Assembly (NCBI GenBank): GCA_031361415.1
Contig: JANMCU010000235.1
Span: 5,123-69,122, forward strand
Direction: 5' to 3'
Length of the DNA: 64,000 nt
DNA from: Chloroflexota bacterium
GTDB lineage: Bacteria; Chloroflexota; Limnocylindria; Limnocylindrales; CSP1-4
Shown: piece by piece, positions 37,401-47,437 of the stretch
Numbering within the stretch: position 1 is the first letter of the stretch
Layout: each line of letters begins with the position of its first letter
Program-made: the position numbers and the translations under genes
Notes under the pieces: generated by a model
Seen by the model: only the letters and a program-made list of their open reading frames with translations
Told to the model about the DNA's origin: nothing
Database searches by the model: none

Positions 37401-38150
37401 GTGACCGACGACGCGTCCGGCGAGCTCGCCGCCACCCTGACCCTGGCCGACTGGCGACGAACGATCGCCAGCCTGTACGCAGACGTTCGCCGGCTTGCCG
37501 CGACAGACCCGGCTGCGGCCTTCGATCACTGGCGGACGGTCCGCGAGCGGCTCTTTCGCGAGCATCCGCAGTCCCCGGTGCCGGCCGATCGGCGGGCGGG
37601 CTTCCGGGCGCATCATTTCCCGTTCGACCCGGCGCTTCGGTTCGAGCTGGCCGTGGAGCCTCTCGACGCGCGTGCCGACGCCGTGGCGCACGTCCCCGCG
37701 TCCGAGTCCGGCGCGAGCAGCACCGGTCTGGCCGGCCTCGCGGCGCTCGGTTCGATCGACTTCGGGTCGGGCGACTCGAGCCGCGCGATCGACCTGCCGG
37801 TGAGCGCCGGCGGCGCCATGGCGTTCCGGCGTTTCGGCGCCGTGACGATCCCGTTTCCCGAGGGGTCGCGACGCCTCGAGCTGTACTGGATGGAGGGCTA
37901 CGCGGGCGGCGTGTTACTGCCATTCCGCGACGCGACCAATGGCGCCGAGACGTACGGAGCCGGCCGCTACCTGCTCGACGCTGCCAAGAGCGCCGACCTG
38001 GGCGGGGATCGCGCGGCAGGCACCCTGATCCTCGACTTCAACTTCGCGTTCCAGCCGTCGTGCGCGTTCGATCCGAAGTGGGCGTGCCCGCTGGCGCCTC
38101 CGTCGAACCGCCTCGACCTGCCCATCCACGCCGGTGAGCGTCTCGCCTGA
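37401..38150 (+). CDS. DUF1684 domain protein
   Basis: DUF1684 family; GTG start. Confidence 0.75.
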   Translation: MTDDASGELAATLTLADWRRTIASLYADVRRLAATDPAAAFDHWRTVRERLFREHPQSPVPADRRAGFRAHHFPFDPALRFELAVEPLDARADAVAHVPASESGASSTGLAGLAALGSIDFGSGDSSRAIDLPVSAGGAMAFRRFGAVTIPFPEGSRRLELYWMEGYAGGVLLPFRDATNGAETYGAGRYLLDAAKSADLGGDRAAGTLILDFNFAFQPSCAFDPKWACPLAPPSNRLDLPIHAGERLA

Positions 38151-38332
38151 CGCCGTGCTGCTTCCTCGCGCTCCGACGCGGGCGCGCCATCCCGCGCACG
38201 GCGGGACTTCCGGGCGCCCCGACCGGGACCGTCGGCTGATCCGGTGGCCGATTGCGCGGCGTACGATGGCCAGGAAGCGACGAGGTGCCCGCCTTGGCGC
38301 GCCCATCACCCACGCGCAATTCGGGGAGCCTG

Positions 38333-39529
38333 GTGCGTTTCCTCCAGAGCGCCAAGCACGAAACGAGCGACGACCGGCTCCTCTGGTCGCGCGACGTCCG
38401 GTTCGCCCATCGCCTCCTTGCCGCCGTGCCCGGCTGTCGCTCGTACGAGCTCGACGCCGGCATCGTCGTCATCGGTTCGGCCGATGAGCTGACCGACGCG
38501 CGCGCGTCGGAGATCGCGGCCGCGGTCCACTCCCCGTCGTACGGCCTCGTGACCCTCGACCCGACCCTGCCCGAGGGCGAGCGTCATCTCGTCGCGCTGT
38601 CCGCCGCGGTCCAGCAATCGGGCCTGGCCGAGCGGATCGGGATGGCCCAGTCGAGCCAGATGATGCAGTCGAAGATGCTCGACTACTTCTTCACCCTCAG
38701 GAACGTCCACGGGCTCGCCTACCAGCCGATCGTCGCGCTGACGACAGGTGCCCTCGTCGAGTACGAGTGCCTGTTCCGCCCGGAGATGCCGGGCCTCCAG
38801 ACCTCGATCGGATCGGTCGTCCAGGCGGCCGTCGACACCGGCCGGACGATCGAGCTCGACAGCTTCATCGTCCGGATCATCCTGGCCCGGGTCGGCGCGC
38901 TCCAGGCCGCCCGACGCACCGCCGGACTGGCGCCCGTCCACGTGGCCATCAACTTCACGCCGGCCAGCCTGCTCGACGGCCAGTTCGAGGCCGGGGCGTT
39001 CGCGACCATGGTCAAGTCCGTCGGGCTGGAGACTCGCCAGATCACGCTCGAGTGCACCGAGCAGCAGGCAGTGCCCGAGATCGGGCCGCTGGTCAAGCAG
39101 GTGAAGGCGCTCCGGCGGCTCGGCTTCGGGTTCGCCATCGACGACGCCGGCGCGGGTTACGCCAGCTTCAGCCTGATCGCCTCGCTTCGGCCATCGGTCA
39201 TCAAGATTGACCGCGAGATCGCCTTCGGGATCGCGCGGGACGATGCGAAGCAGGCGCTCGTCGAGGCCTTCGTCTCGTTCGGTGGCCGGATCGGCGCGCG
39301 GCTCCTCGCCGAGGGCATCGAGCGGCGGGCGGATCTCGCGATGCTCACCGCTCTCGGGGTCGATCTCGGCCAGGGCTACCTGATCGGCAAGCCCGCCGGC
39401 ATGCCCGCCGAGCCGCGCCCGATCGAGGGGCTCCGTCTCGATTCGGCCCGCCAGGCGATCGGGCGTCGCGTCCGCGAGGCCAATCCCCGGTCTCGCCGAC
39501 GAGCCGTCCAGGCGGACCCGTCCGTCTGA
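38333..39529 (+). CDS. EAL-domain c-di-GMP phosphodiesterase with N-terminal unknown domain (no GGDEF)
   Basis: EAL motifs (EYECLFRP, AIDDAGAGYASFSLI, QGYLIGKP); GTG start with GGGGAG RBS. Confidence 0.8.
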   Translation: MRFLQSAKHETSDDRLLWSRDVRFAHRLLAAVPGCRSYELDAGIVVIGSADELTDARASEIAAAVHSPSYGLVTLDPTLPEGERHLVALSAAVQQSGLAERIGMAQSSQMMQSKMLDYFFTLRNVHGLAYQPIVALTTGALVEYECLFRPEMPGLQTSIGSVVQAAVDTGRTIELDSFIVRIILARVGALQAARRTAGLAPVHVAINFTPASLLDGQFEAGAFATMVKSVGLETRQITLECTEQQAVPEIGPLVKQVKALRRLGFGFAIDDAGAGYASFSLIASLRPSVIKIDREIAFGIARDDAKQALVEAFVSFGGRIGARLLAEGIERRADLAMLTALGVDLGQGYLIGKPAGMPAEPRPIEGLRLDSARQAIGRRVREANPRSRRRAVQADPSV

Positions 39530-39582
39530 CCCGTCGCGGCGCACGCCACCGTGCGTGCCGCGGGACCGCTCGGCGGCCGGCT

Positions 39583-40056
39583 GTGGCGTTTGCTCGTACC
39601 ATCGGGTCGATGGACCTCGCCCAACCCGGACCACCCGGCCGCGCCCTCCTCGACGATCGCCTCCGGGCCTTTCTCGACCAGCGGTTGTTCTGCGCGCTCG
39701 CGACGGTCGATCCGGACGGCGCGCCACGCCAGGCGGTGATCTGGTACCGGCTCGAGGACGACGGCCGGATCCTGCTCAACAGCCGGATCGGGCGACGCTG
39801 GCCGGCCAATCTCCAGCGCGACGGCCGGGTCGCCCTCGCGATCACCGGGCTTGATGGCTACGCCTGGCTCGGACTGACCGGCCGGGTCGTCGGCGTCGAC
39901 CCCGACCACGATCGCGCCCTCGCCGATATCGTCGCCCTCGCCTGGCGTTATCACCCGGACGGGCCCGCCACGTCCCAGCTCGACTCGTTCGCCGCCTACC
40001 CGCGGATCACGTTCCGCATCGCCATCGACGGCGTCCACGACCACCTGGAGGACTGA
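39583..40056 (+). CDS. PPOX-class (pyridoxamine 5'-phosphate oxidase-like) probable F420-dependent enzyme
   Basis: Split-barrel FMN/F420-binding family. Confidence 0.7.
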   Translation: MAFARTIGSMDLAQPGPPGRALLDDRLRAFLDQRLFCALATVDPDGAPRQAVIWYRLEDDGRILLNSRIGRRWPANLQRDGRVALAITGLDGYAWLGLTGRVVGVDPDHDRALADIVALAWRYHPDGPATSQLDSFAAYPRITFRIAIDGVHDHLED

Positions 40057-40063
40057 TCCACCC

Positions 40064-41059
40064 ATGGCCACCCCGAAGATCGGCTATGCCGCGATGCTCG
40101 AGCAGTTCGCGCCCCAGGAGGTCGTCGGCTACTCGGCCGATGCCGAGGCGCATGGATTCACGGGCGTCATGGCGGCCGACCACTTCCAGCCGTGGGTACC
40201 CCAGCAGGGCCAGGCCGCGTTCGTCTGGAACGTGATGACCGCGATCGGCGAGCGGACGAAGGGCGACGTCGGACCGGGCGTCGCGTGCCCGTCGTTCCGG
40301 ATGCACCCGGCGATCATCGCCCAGGCGTCGGCGACGCTGGCGGCGATGTACCCCGGACGCCATTGGCTCGGGCTGGGCAGCGGCGAGGCGCTCAACGAGC
40401 ACATCGTCGCCGGCTACTGGCCCGAGACGCCCGAGCGGATCAACCGGATGTTCGAGGCGATCGAGATCATCAAGAAGCTGTTCGGCAGCCCGGGCAAGGA
40501 CGTCAAGCACGAGGGCAAGTTCTTCAAGCTCGAGGCCACCCGGCTGTGGACGATGCCCGACCAGCCGCCGCCGATCTACATCGCCACGGCCGGCCCCGTG
40601 ACCGCCAAGAAGACCGGCCAGTACGCCGAGGGCCTGATCACCGTCGGAGCGCCCGAGTCGAAGCTCGAGATGATCCGGGCCAAATGCGAAGAGGGCTGCC
40701 GCGACGCCGGCAAGGACCCGGACGACTTCAAGTACATCCTCCAGCTCCACCTGTCGTGGGCGCCGACCGACGAGGAGGCGATGGCCAACGCGATGCTCGA
40801 ATGGCCGAACGGCGGGATGAAATTCCCCAAGCAGGACATCCGCAGCCCGCTCGACTTCGAGCAGATGGCCAAGCTCGTCCGGCCCGAGGACTTCGAGGGC
40901 CGGATGCTGATCAGCTCGGACCCCGAGAAGCACCGGGAGCAGATCCAGCGGTTCCTCGACCTCGGCTTCGACCAGATCTACCTCCACAACGTTGGCCGCA
41001 ACCAGGCCGAGTGGATCGAGACCTTCGGGCGCGATGTCCTGCCGAAGCTGACGGCATGA
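40064..41059 (+). CDS. fgd: F420-dependent glucose-6-phosphate dehydrogenase
   Basis: Fgd family (MATPKIGYAAMLEQFAPQEVV...DHFQPW). Confidence 0.85.
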   Translation: MATPKIGYAAMLEQFAPQEVVGYSADAEAHGFTGVMAADHFQPWVPQQGQAAFVWNVMTAIGERTKGDVGPGVACPSFRMHPAIIAQASATLAAMYPGRHWLGLGSGEALNEHIVAGYWPETPERINRMFEAIEIIKKLFGSPGKDVKHEGKFFKLEATRLWTMPDQPPPIYIATAGPVTAKKTGQYAEGLITVGAPESKLEMIRAKCEEGCRDAGKDPDDFKYILQLHLSWAPTDEEAMANAMLEWPNGGMKFPKQDIRSPLDFEQMAKLVRPEDFEGRMLISSDPEKHREQIQRFLDLGFDQIYLHNVGRNQAEWIETFGRDVLPKLTA

Positions 41060-42009
41060 CCGACGTGGCGGACGCCACCGAGATCAGGATCGGCGCCCTG
41101 CTCTGGCCCCAGACCAACAGCTGGCCGGCCCTCCGCGACGCGGCGGTCCGGGCCGACCGCGCCGGGCTGGACTCCCTCTGGACGTGGGACCACCTGATGG
41201 CGATCGTCGGGCCGTGGGAGCAGCCGATCCTCGAGGGCTGGACGACCCTGGCCGCCGTCGCTGCGCTGACGGAGCGGGTGACGCTGGGTCTCATGGTCGG
41301 CGCGAACACGTTCCGCAACCCGGGCCTGACCGCCAAGCTCGCGACGACCCTGGATCACGTGTCGGGCGGCCGGGCGGTGCTCGGCATCGGCGGCGCCTGG
41401 TTCGAGCGAGAGCACGACGGATACGGCTTCGACGAGACCTGGGGCTCGGGCTTTCCCGAGCGCCTCGACCGGCTCGACGAGTCGGTGATGCTCCTCCGCC
41501 GGCTGCTCGACGGCGAGCGGATCGCCGAGCATGTCGGACGCTTCTACACGATGCGCGACGCTCTCTGCGAGCCGCGTCCGGTCCAGCCGCGCCTGCCGAT
41601 CCTCATCGGCGGCTCCGGGCCGAAGAAGACGCTCCGGACGACCGCCCGCTACGCCGACGCGTGGAACTCGAGTGGGACCGTCGAGGAGCTGGCGGCAAGC
41701 GACGCCATCCTGCGCGAGCGCTGCGCCGAGGTCGGCCGGAACCCGGACGAGATCGAGCGAACGGTGACGATCTGGATGGCGATCCGCGACGATCCAGCGG
41801 ACGCCCAGCGGGTGCTCTCCGCGAATGCTGAAGCGAACGGAAGCAGCTCGGACGGCGATGACTACGTCGGCTCGCCCGAGAAGATCGCCGATGAGCTCCG
41901 CCCGATCGTCGAGCTCGGCTTCCGCCACATCCTCGTCGACGCGATGGCGCCCTACGACGCGGAGACCCTCGAGCGCCTGCCGCGAGTCCGGGAGCTGTTG
42001 GCCGGCTGA
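41056..42009 (+). CDS. LLM-class F420-dependent oxidoreductase (paralog A)
   Basis: ATGA overlap with fgd; LLM fold. Confidence 0.8.
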   Translation: MTDVADATEIRIGALLWPQTNSWPALRDAAVRADRAGLDSLWTWDHLMAIVGPWEQPILEGWTTLAAVAALTERVTLGLMVGANTFRNPGLTAKLATTLDHVSGGRAVLGIGGAWFEREHDGYGFDETWGSGFPERLDRLDESVMLLRRLLDGERIAEHVGRFYTMRDALCEPRPVQPRLPILIGGSGPKKTLRTTARYADAWNSSGTVEELAASDAILRERCAEVGRNPDEIERTVTIWMAIRDDPADAQRVLSANAEANGSSSDGDDYVGSPEKIADELRPIVELGFRHILVDAMAPYDAETLERLPRVRELLAG

Positions 42010-42085
42010 CGCTCGGCGCACGCGGACGGCACGATTGGCGCCGAGCGGCGAGAATCAGGATCTCGAACGTAATCGGAGGAAACGC

Positions 42086-43018
42086 ATGCGGTTCGGCGCC
42101 CAGCTGTGGTCCCAGCAGACATCGTGGGCCGGTTTCCGTGATGCCGCGCTCGCCGCGGAGGCGGCCGGCTGGGACTCGGTCTGGACGTGGGACCACCTGC
42201 TCGCGATCTTCGGGCCGTGGGAGCAGCCGATCCTCGAGGGCTGGACGACCCTCGCCGCGGTCGGCGCGATCACCGGGCGGATCCGGCTCGGGCTCATGGT
42301 CGGTGCGAACACCTTCCGCAACCCGGGGCTGACCGCGAAGCTCGCGACGACCCTCGACCATGTCTCCGGCGGGCGGGCCGTGCTCGGCATCGGCGGCGCG
42401 TGGTTCGAGCGCGAGCACGAGGCGTTCGGATTCGACGACACCTGGGGTTCCGGCGTCGGCGAGCGGCTCGATCGGCTCGACGAGTCGGTGATGCTCATGC
42501 GCCGGCTGCTCGACGGCGAGCGGATCACCGAGCATGTCGGTCGCTTCTACACGATGCGCAACGCCCTGTGCGAGCCGCGCCCGATCCAGGCCCACCTGCC
42601 GATCCTGATCGGCGGCTCGGGGCCGAAGAAAACCCTCCGGACGGTGGCCGAGCGCGGCGACGCGTGGAACACCTCCGGCACGGTCGAGGAGGTGACGGCG
42701 ACCCTCGCGATCCTCGACGGGCATTGCGCCGCGGTCGGGCGCGACCGGTCCACGATCGAGCTGTCGATCAGCTTCCCGGTCACGATCCGCGACACCGTCG
42801 CCGAAGCCGAGCGAGCGTACGGCGCGCTGCTCGTAGCGAACGGGGTCGACGACATGCGGGCCAACCCGATCCTGCTCGGTCCGCCGGAGCTCGTCGCCGC
42901 GGCGATCGCTCCCTATCGCGACCTCGGCTTCAGCACCGTCATCGTCCGCCTGCCCGCGCCGCACGACCGCGAAACGATCGATCGGATCGGCGAGGTCGAC
43001 GCCGTGCTCGGTGGCTGA
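42086..43018 (+). CDS. LLM-class F420-dependent oxidoreductase (paralog B, tandem duplicate of A)
   Basis: ~80% aa / ~85% nt identity to preceding gene; GGAGGA RBS. Confidence 0.8.
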   Translation: MRFGAQLWSQQTSWAGFRDAALAAEAAGWDSVWTWDHLLAIFGPWEQPILEGWTTLAAVGAITGRIRLGLMVGANTFRNPGLTAKLATTLDHVSGGRAVLGIGGAWFEREHEAFGFDDTWGSGVGERLDRLDESVMLMRRLLDGERITEHVGRFYTMRNALCEPRPIQAHLPILIGGSGPKKTLRTVAERGDAWNTSGTVEEVTATLAILDGHCAAVGRDRSTIELSISFPVTIRDTVAEAERAYGALLVANGVDDMRANPILLGPPELVAAAIAPYRDLGFSTVIVRLPAPHDRETIDRIGEVDAVLGG

Positions 43019-43952
43019 GCCGCGCGTTCTCGAGCTCGCCGGCGGCGTCGGCGGGGCGAAGCTCGCCGAGGGCCTCCAGGCGGTCGTCGGCCGGCGCCTC
43101 ACCGTTGTCGTCAACACCGCCGACGACACCGAGCGCCACGGCCTCCTCGTGTGTCCCGACCACGACACCGTGCTCTACACCCTGGCTGGCCTCGAGAACG
43201 AGGAGCTCGGCTGGGGCCTCGCGGGCGACAGCTGGACGACGATGACGGCGATGGAGCGCTATGGCGAGGAGGGCTGGTTCCGGCTCGGCGACCTCGACCT
43301 CGCGACCCACATCGTGCGAACCGACCGGCTGCGCCGCGGCGTCCGCCTGACCGAGGTCCTCCTCGGCCTCCAGGGCTCGCTCGAGCTCGCGGCGACGATC
43401 CTGCCGATGACCGACGAGCCGGTCCGGACGCAGGTCCGAACCGATGCTGGGTGGCTCGATTTCCAGGACTACTTCGTCCGCCTGCGCCAGGCCCCGGAGG
43501 TCCGCGAGGTCCGCTTCGTCGGGTCCGACGCGGCCCGCCCGACGGCCGAGGTCGCGGTCGCGATCGACGCCGCGGACATCGTCGTGGTGGCTCCGTCGAA
43601 CCCGATCGTCTCGATCGGCCCGATCCTTGCGGTCCCCGGCATGACCGAGCTGCTCACGGCGGCCCGCCGACGCGGCGCGCGGATCGTCGGAGTCAGCGGG
43701 ATCATCGGCGGCAAGGCGCTCAAGGGCCCGGCCGATCGGATGCTCGCGTCGCTCGGCCACGAACCGAGCGCGCTCGGGGTGGCTCGAGGTTACGTCGGGC
43801 TGATCGACGCGTTCGTTCTCGACACGGTCGACGCGGAGCTCGCCCCGGCCGTCCGGGAGCTCGGGATCCGGGCGGTCGTCACCGATACGATCATGAGCGA
43901 CGACGCGTCACGCGCCCGCCTCGCCGTGGACGTCCTCGGCGCGCTGGGTTGA
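43011..43952 (+). CDS. cofD: 2-phospho-L-lactate transferase (F420 biosynthesis)
   Basis: CofD/FbiA family (LAGGVGGAKL, APSNPIVSIGPILAVPG); GTG start overlapping upstream gene by 8 nt. Confidence 0.85.
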   Translation: MAEPRVLELAGGVGGAKLAEGLQAVVGRRLTVVVNTADDTERHGLLVCPDHDTVLYTLAGLENEELGWGLAGDSWTTMTAMERYGEEGWFRLGDLDLATHIVRTDRLRRGVRLTEVLLGLQGSLELAATILPMTDEPVRTQVRTDAGWLDFQDYFVRLRQAPEVREVRFVGSDAARPTAEVAVAIDAADIVVVAPSNPIVSIGPILAVPGMTELLTAARRRGARIVGVSGIIGGKALKGPADRMLASLGHEPSALGVARGYVGLIDAFVLDTVDAELAPAVRELGIRAVVTDTIMSDDASRARLAVDVLGALG

Positions 43953-43958
43953 GCCGGC

Positions 43959-44717
43959 CTACATCTGCTTCGACATCTCGTCCGGCTGCTCCGCCGTCCC
44001 GGCCGGCGGCTCCGGAAAGCGCGGGCGAAAGTGGGTGATCATCCCGTTGAAGGCGCGCTGGGAGCGGAGGCCGAGGGCGACCGCGGTCAGGATCCCCACG
44101 ATGAGCGCGACACCACCGACCTCCATGCCCCGGTAGCCGATCTTGCTCAGTGCGGCGCTCGCGATGACAGCTGCGATCACGGAATCCACGACCGCGATCA
44201 TCCCGGGCATCGTCACGAAGAAGTGGAAGATCGTGTACCGGACGTCGCCGCCGACGCCATAGCTCCGGGCGATCCCGACCGGGTCGTCGGTGAACCCGGT
44301 GGTGAGCCGCTCTGCGACCGCCGGCACGATCGTCACGTAGGCGTGGCGGATTCGGTTCATCGCCGCCATCCACACGGCTTCCTCGCGGTTCGCATCGTCG
44401 ATCCGGAAGAAGGTCGCGATCCCGGCGAACAGCGTGACCGGCAGCAGGATCAGGGCGAACGTCAGGAAGTCCTGGCTCTCGGTGCCGATCAGGCTGAGCG
44501 CTACGACCGACGCCGACAGGAGCGACAGGAACAGCCCGGCCCGGGCGAATGACTCGGTCCAGATGAGCGAGCGGGTGGCGAGCAGGCTCCAGTGCTCGGT
44601 CGACAGGATCTGGAGCGCGCGCGGGTCGTCGAGGCCGGTCGCGCCGCCGGGCAGCGCGTCGGTCCGGAGCGGCAGGCCGACGGCGTGCTCCGGGGGAAGG
44701 CTCGGCCGTTCGTTCAT
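43959..44717 (-). CDS. hypothetical membrane protein
   Basis: ATG with GAGGAG RBS; ~5 TM. Confidence 0.55.
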   Translation of the reverse strand: MNERPSLPPEHAVGLPLRTDALPGGATGLDDPRALQILSTEHWSLLATRSLIWTESFARAGLFLSLLSASVVALSLIGTESQDFLTFALILLPVTLFAGIATFFRIDDANREEAVWMAAMNRIRHAYVTIVPAVAERLTTGFTDDPVGIARSYGVGGDVRYTIFHFFVTMPGMIAVVDSVIAAVIASAALSKIGYRGMEVGGVALIVGILTAVALGLRSQRAFNGMITHFRPRFPEPPAGTAEQPDEMSKQM

Positions 44718-45037
44718 GGCAGCGGTCTCCTCGATCCCAGGGACGGGCTGGTGACGGTGGCGAGCCGGCCAACCCGATCCGGCTGCGTCGACGCGTTGCG
44801 TTGACAGCGTATCGAACGTCGCGCACGATGCGCGCGATGGATCGCCACGACCGTCGCGAACGAACGGTGCGCAGCCAGCAACGGCCCTCGACGAGGGTCG
44901 GCCTGGTCTGACGACGCGCCCGCCTCGGGCCTCATCATTCAGCACCGCCCTCGGTTCGGCCGGGGGCATTTTCCTGCCGCGCAGCCTCCCTTGCGAACCC
45001 CGGCGCAGCGCGGGCACCAGCCACGGAGCAACCACAG

Positions 45038-45664
45038 ATGGATTCCACCTTCCTCGTACGCGGCCTCGTGATCGGGTTCACAATCGCGGCCGCGGTCGGA
45101 CCGATCAGCCTGCTGACCATCCGGCGGACGATCGCCCACGGCCGCGTCTATGGGCTCGCGTCGGGCCTCGGGGTGGCCCTGGCCGATGCGTCGTACGGCG
45201 GAGTGGCCGCGTTCGGGCTGACCGCGCTGACCTCGATTCTCGTCGGGGTTCGACCGGTCCTCGCTCTCATCGGCGGCATCTTCCTCGTCTGGCTCGCCAT
45301 CCGGACGATCCGGGCGCGACCGGCGTCCAGCGCGGCGGCCGACCCCGACGAACGGCCTGGGCTGGTACCCGCGTTCGCTTCCATCTACGGCCTGACGATG
45401 ACCAACCCGATGACGATCCTGTCGTTCGGCGGCATCTTCGCAGGGCTCGGCCTCGCCGGGCACGGCGGGCTCGAGGCAGCCCTGCTGACCCTCGGCGTGT
45501 TCGTCGGGTCCAGCCTCTGGTGGGTCGGGCTGACGGCGGTGGTCGGTCGCCTTCGGACCCGCCTGACACCGGACGTCCTCGTCTGGGTCAATCGGGTCTC
45601 GGGGGCGGTACTCCTGGCGTTCGGCGGGGTGGCGATCGCCGTCGCCGTCGGGGTGCTCCGCTGA
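45038..45664 (+). CDS. LysE/RhtB family amino-acid exporter
   Basis: LysE family TM topology. Confidence 0.85.
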   Translation: MDSTFLVRGLVIGFTIAAAVGPISLLTIRRTIAHGRVYGLASGLGVALADASYGGVAAFGLTALTSILVGVRPVLALIGGIFLVWLAIRTIRARPASSAAADPDERPGLVPAFASIYGLTMTNPMTILSFGGIFAGLGLAGHGGLEAALLTLGVFVGSSLWWVGLTAVVGRLRTRLTPDVLVWVNRVSGAVLLAFGGVAIAVAVGVLR

Positions 45665-45755
45665 GCGCGTGTCCAAGACGGCACCTCGTACCATCGATGG
45701 GTCAGGCCGACGCCGCGCCCAATGCGTGACGAGCTCGACCACGAGCGAGACCACC

Positions 45756-46673
45756 ATGGCCGATTTCGGGCTCCAGGGCACTCCGGGCGGCAGCGCGAAA
45801 ACATCCCGCTGGGTCGCCCAGATGCATGGCGTCCTCGACCTGCTTCCACCCGTCTTCTCGACGCTCTGGTTGTCCGACCATCTCCAGCAGTTCGGCGAGC
45901 CGTGGCCCGAAGGCTGGACCCGGCTGGCCTACCTCGCCGCGGCGGAGCCGCGGTTCCGATACGGCCACCTCGTCCTGAGCCAGAGCTATCGGAACCCGGG
46001 CCTCCTCGGCGCGATGGCGGCGACGCTCCAGGAGCTTTCGCACGGGCGATTCATCCTGGGCCTCGGTGCCGGCTGGCTTGAGGAGGAGTACCGAGCCTTC
46101 AACTTCGACTACCCGGGTGGTGGCGCACGGGTTGCCCAGCTGGCCGAGGCGATCGAGCTGATCCGGACCCTCTGGACCGAGACACCGGCGACCTATCACG
46201 GCGAGTGGTACCACCTCGAGCAGGCGGCCTGCGAACGGCCCGACCCGGCGATCCCGATCCTCGTCGGCACGAACGGCCCGAAGGCCCTCAAGGTCGTCGC
46301 ACGTCTGGCCGACTGGTGGAACTGGGACGGGCCATGGGACGTGAGCTATCGCGAGCCATACGAGCGGCTCCGGTCGGAGTGCGCGGCCATCGGCCGGCCG
46401 TTCGATCAGATCACGCTGACCGCGTCGCTCTCGATCTCGATGCCGGACGATCCCTCGACGTTCCGGCCGACCTACGAACACGGGTTCTATCCGGGCCAGG
46501 TGTTCGGGAACGTTGGCCCGACGGCGCGCGACGTCATCCGCGAGATCGAGCGGCTCGTCGACGTCGGCGTCCGCCACTTCCCGCTGGCGTTCGACAGCAT
46601 GGCTGAGCTGCGCAGGTTCATCGACGAGGTCGTTCCGCACGTTCGGCTGGAGCCAGCGAGCCCGTCCGGCTGA
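45756..46673 (+). CDS. LLM-class F420-dependent oxidoreductase
   Basis: LLM fold. Confidence 0.8.
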   Translation: MADFGLQGTPGGSAKTSRWVAQMHGVLDLLPPVFSTLWLSDHLQQFGEPWPEGWTRLAYLAAAEPRFRYGHLVLSQSYRNPGLLGAMAATLQELSHGRFILGLGAGWLEEEYRAFNFDYPGGGARVAQLAEAIELIRTLWTETPATYHGEWYHLEQAACERPDPAIPILVGTNGPKALKVVARLADWWNWDGPWDVSYREPYERLRSECAAIGRPFDQITLTASLSISMPDDPSTFRPTYEHGFYPGQVFGNVGPTARDVIREIERLVDVGVRHFPLAFDSMAELRRFIDEVVPHVRLEPASPSG

Positions 46674-46747
46674 CCCGCTTGAGCCTGCGGTCGCGGCCAC
46701 CGGCCGCGCGAACGACGCGCATCTCCAAGTCGCCTAGCATTCCCGCC

Positions 46748-47437
46748 ATGCCCAACGCTGCCCGTGCCCACCACGGCCCCACCGCGGCCATCATCCCGGT
46801 CGGCGCGCTCGACGGCGCGAAGTCGCGGCTCGGAGCCGTGCTCGATGCCGAGGAGCGCCTCGACCTGACGCTCCGCCTCGCTCGGGCGACGATCGCGGCC
46901 GCCGTCGCAGCTGAGCGCGTGGACGAGGTCATCGTGATCACGCCCGACGACACGGTCCGGAGCCTTGCCGCCGAGCTGGGCGCGCGGGCGATCCGCCAGC
47001 GCGACAGCGGCCTCAACCAGGGCCTCGCGGCGGCCCGCGACGAGGCGCTCGCGGCCGGCGCCACGGCGATCCTCATCCTGCCGATCGACCTGCCCGACGT
47101 GACCGCGGACGCCATCGACGAGGTCGCCGCCCAGCTCGACGAGGCGGACCGCCCGCTCGTCGCGATCGTTCCGGATCGCCACGGTCGCGGGACCAATGCG
47201 CTGCTGATCGCGCCCCCGGATGCGATCGGCCTGTGCTTCGGCGGCGCGAGCGCCGGCGCGCACGAGGCGTCGGCCCGAGCGGCCGGTGCCCGGCTGATCG
47301 TCCTCGGCGGACCGCTCGCGCTGGATCTCGACACGCCCGAGGATCTCCTCCTCGCCGAGGCCAGCCTGAGCCGGGGCGAAGCGGCCGGGCACGCGATGCA
47401 GACCCAGCCCGATGCAAAGCCGGTCGATGTCCGCTGA
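46748..47437 (+). CDS. cofC: 2-phospho-L-lactate guanylyltransferase (F420 biosynthesis)
   Basis: CofC/FbiD family (AIIPVGALDGAKSRL...). Confidence 0.8.
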   Translation: MPNAARAHHGPTAAIIPVGALDGAKSRLGAVLDAEERLDLTLRLARATIAAAVAAERVDEVIVITPDDTVRSLAAELGARAIRQRDSGLNQGLAAARDEALAAGATAILILPIDLPDVTADAIDEVAAQLDEADRPLVAIVPDRHGRGTNALLIAPPDAIGLCFGGASAGAHEASARAAGARLIVLGGPLALDLDTPEDLLLAEASLSRGEAAGHAMQTQPDAKPVDVR

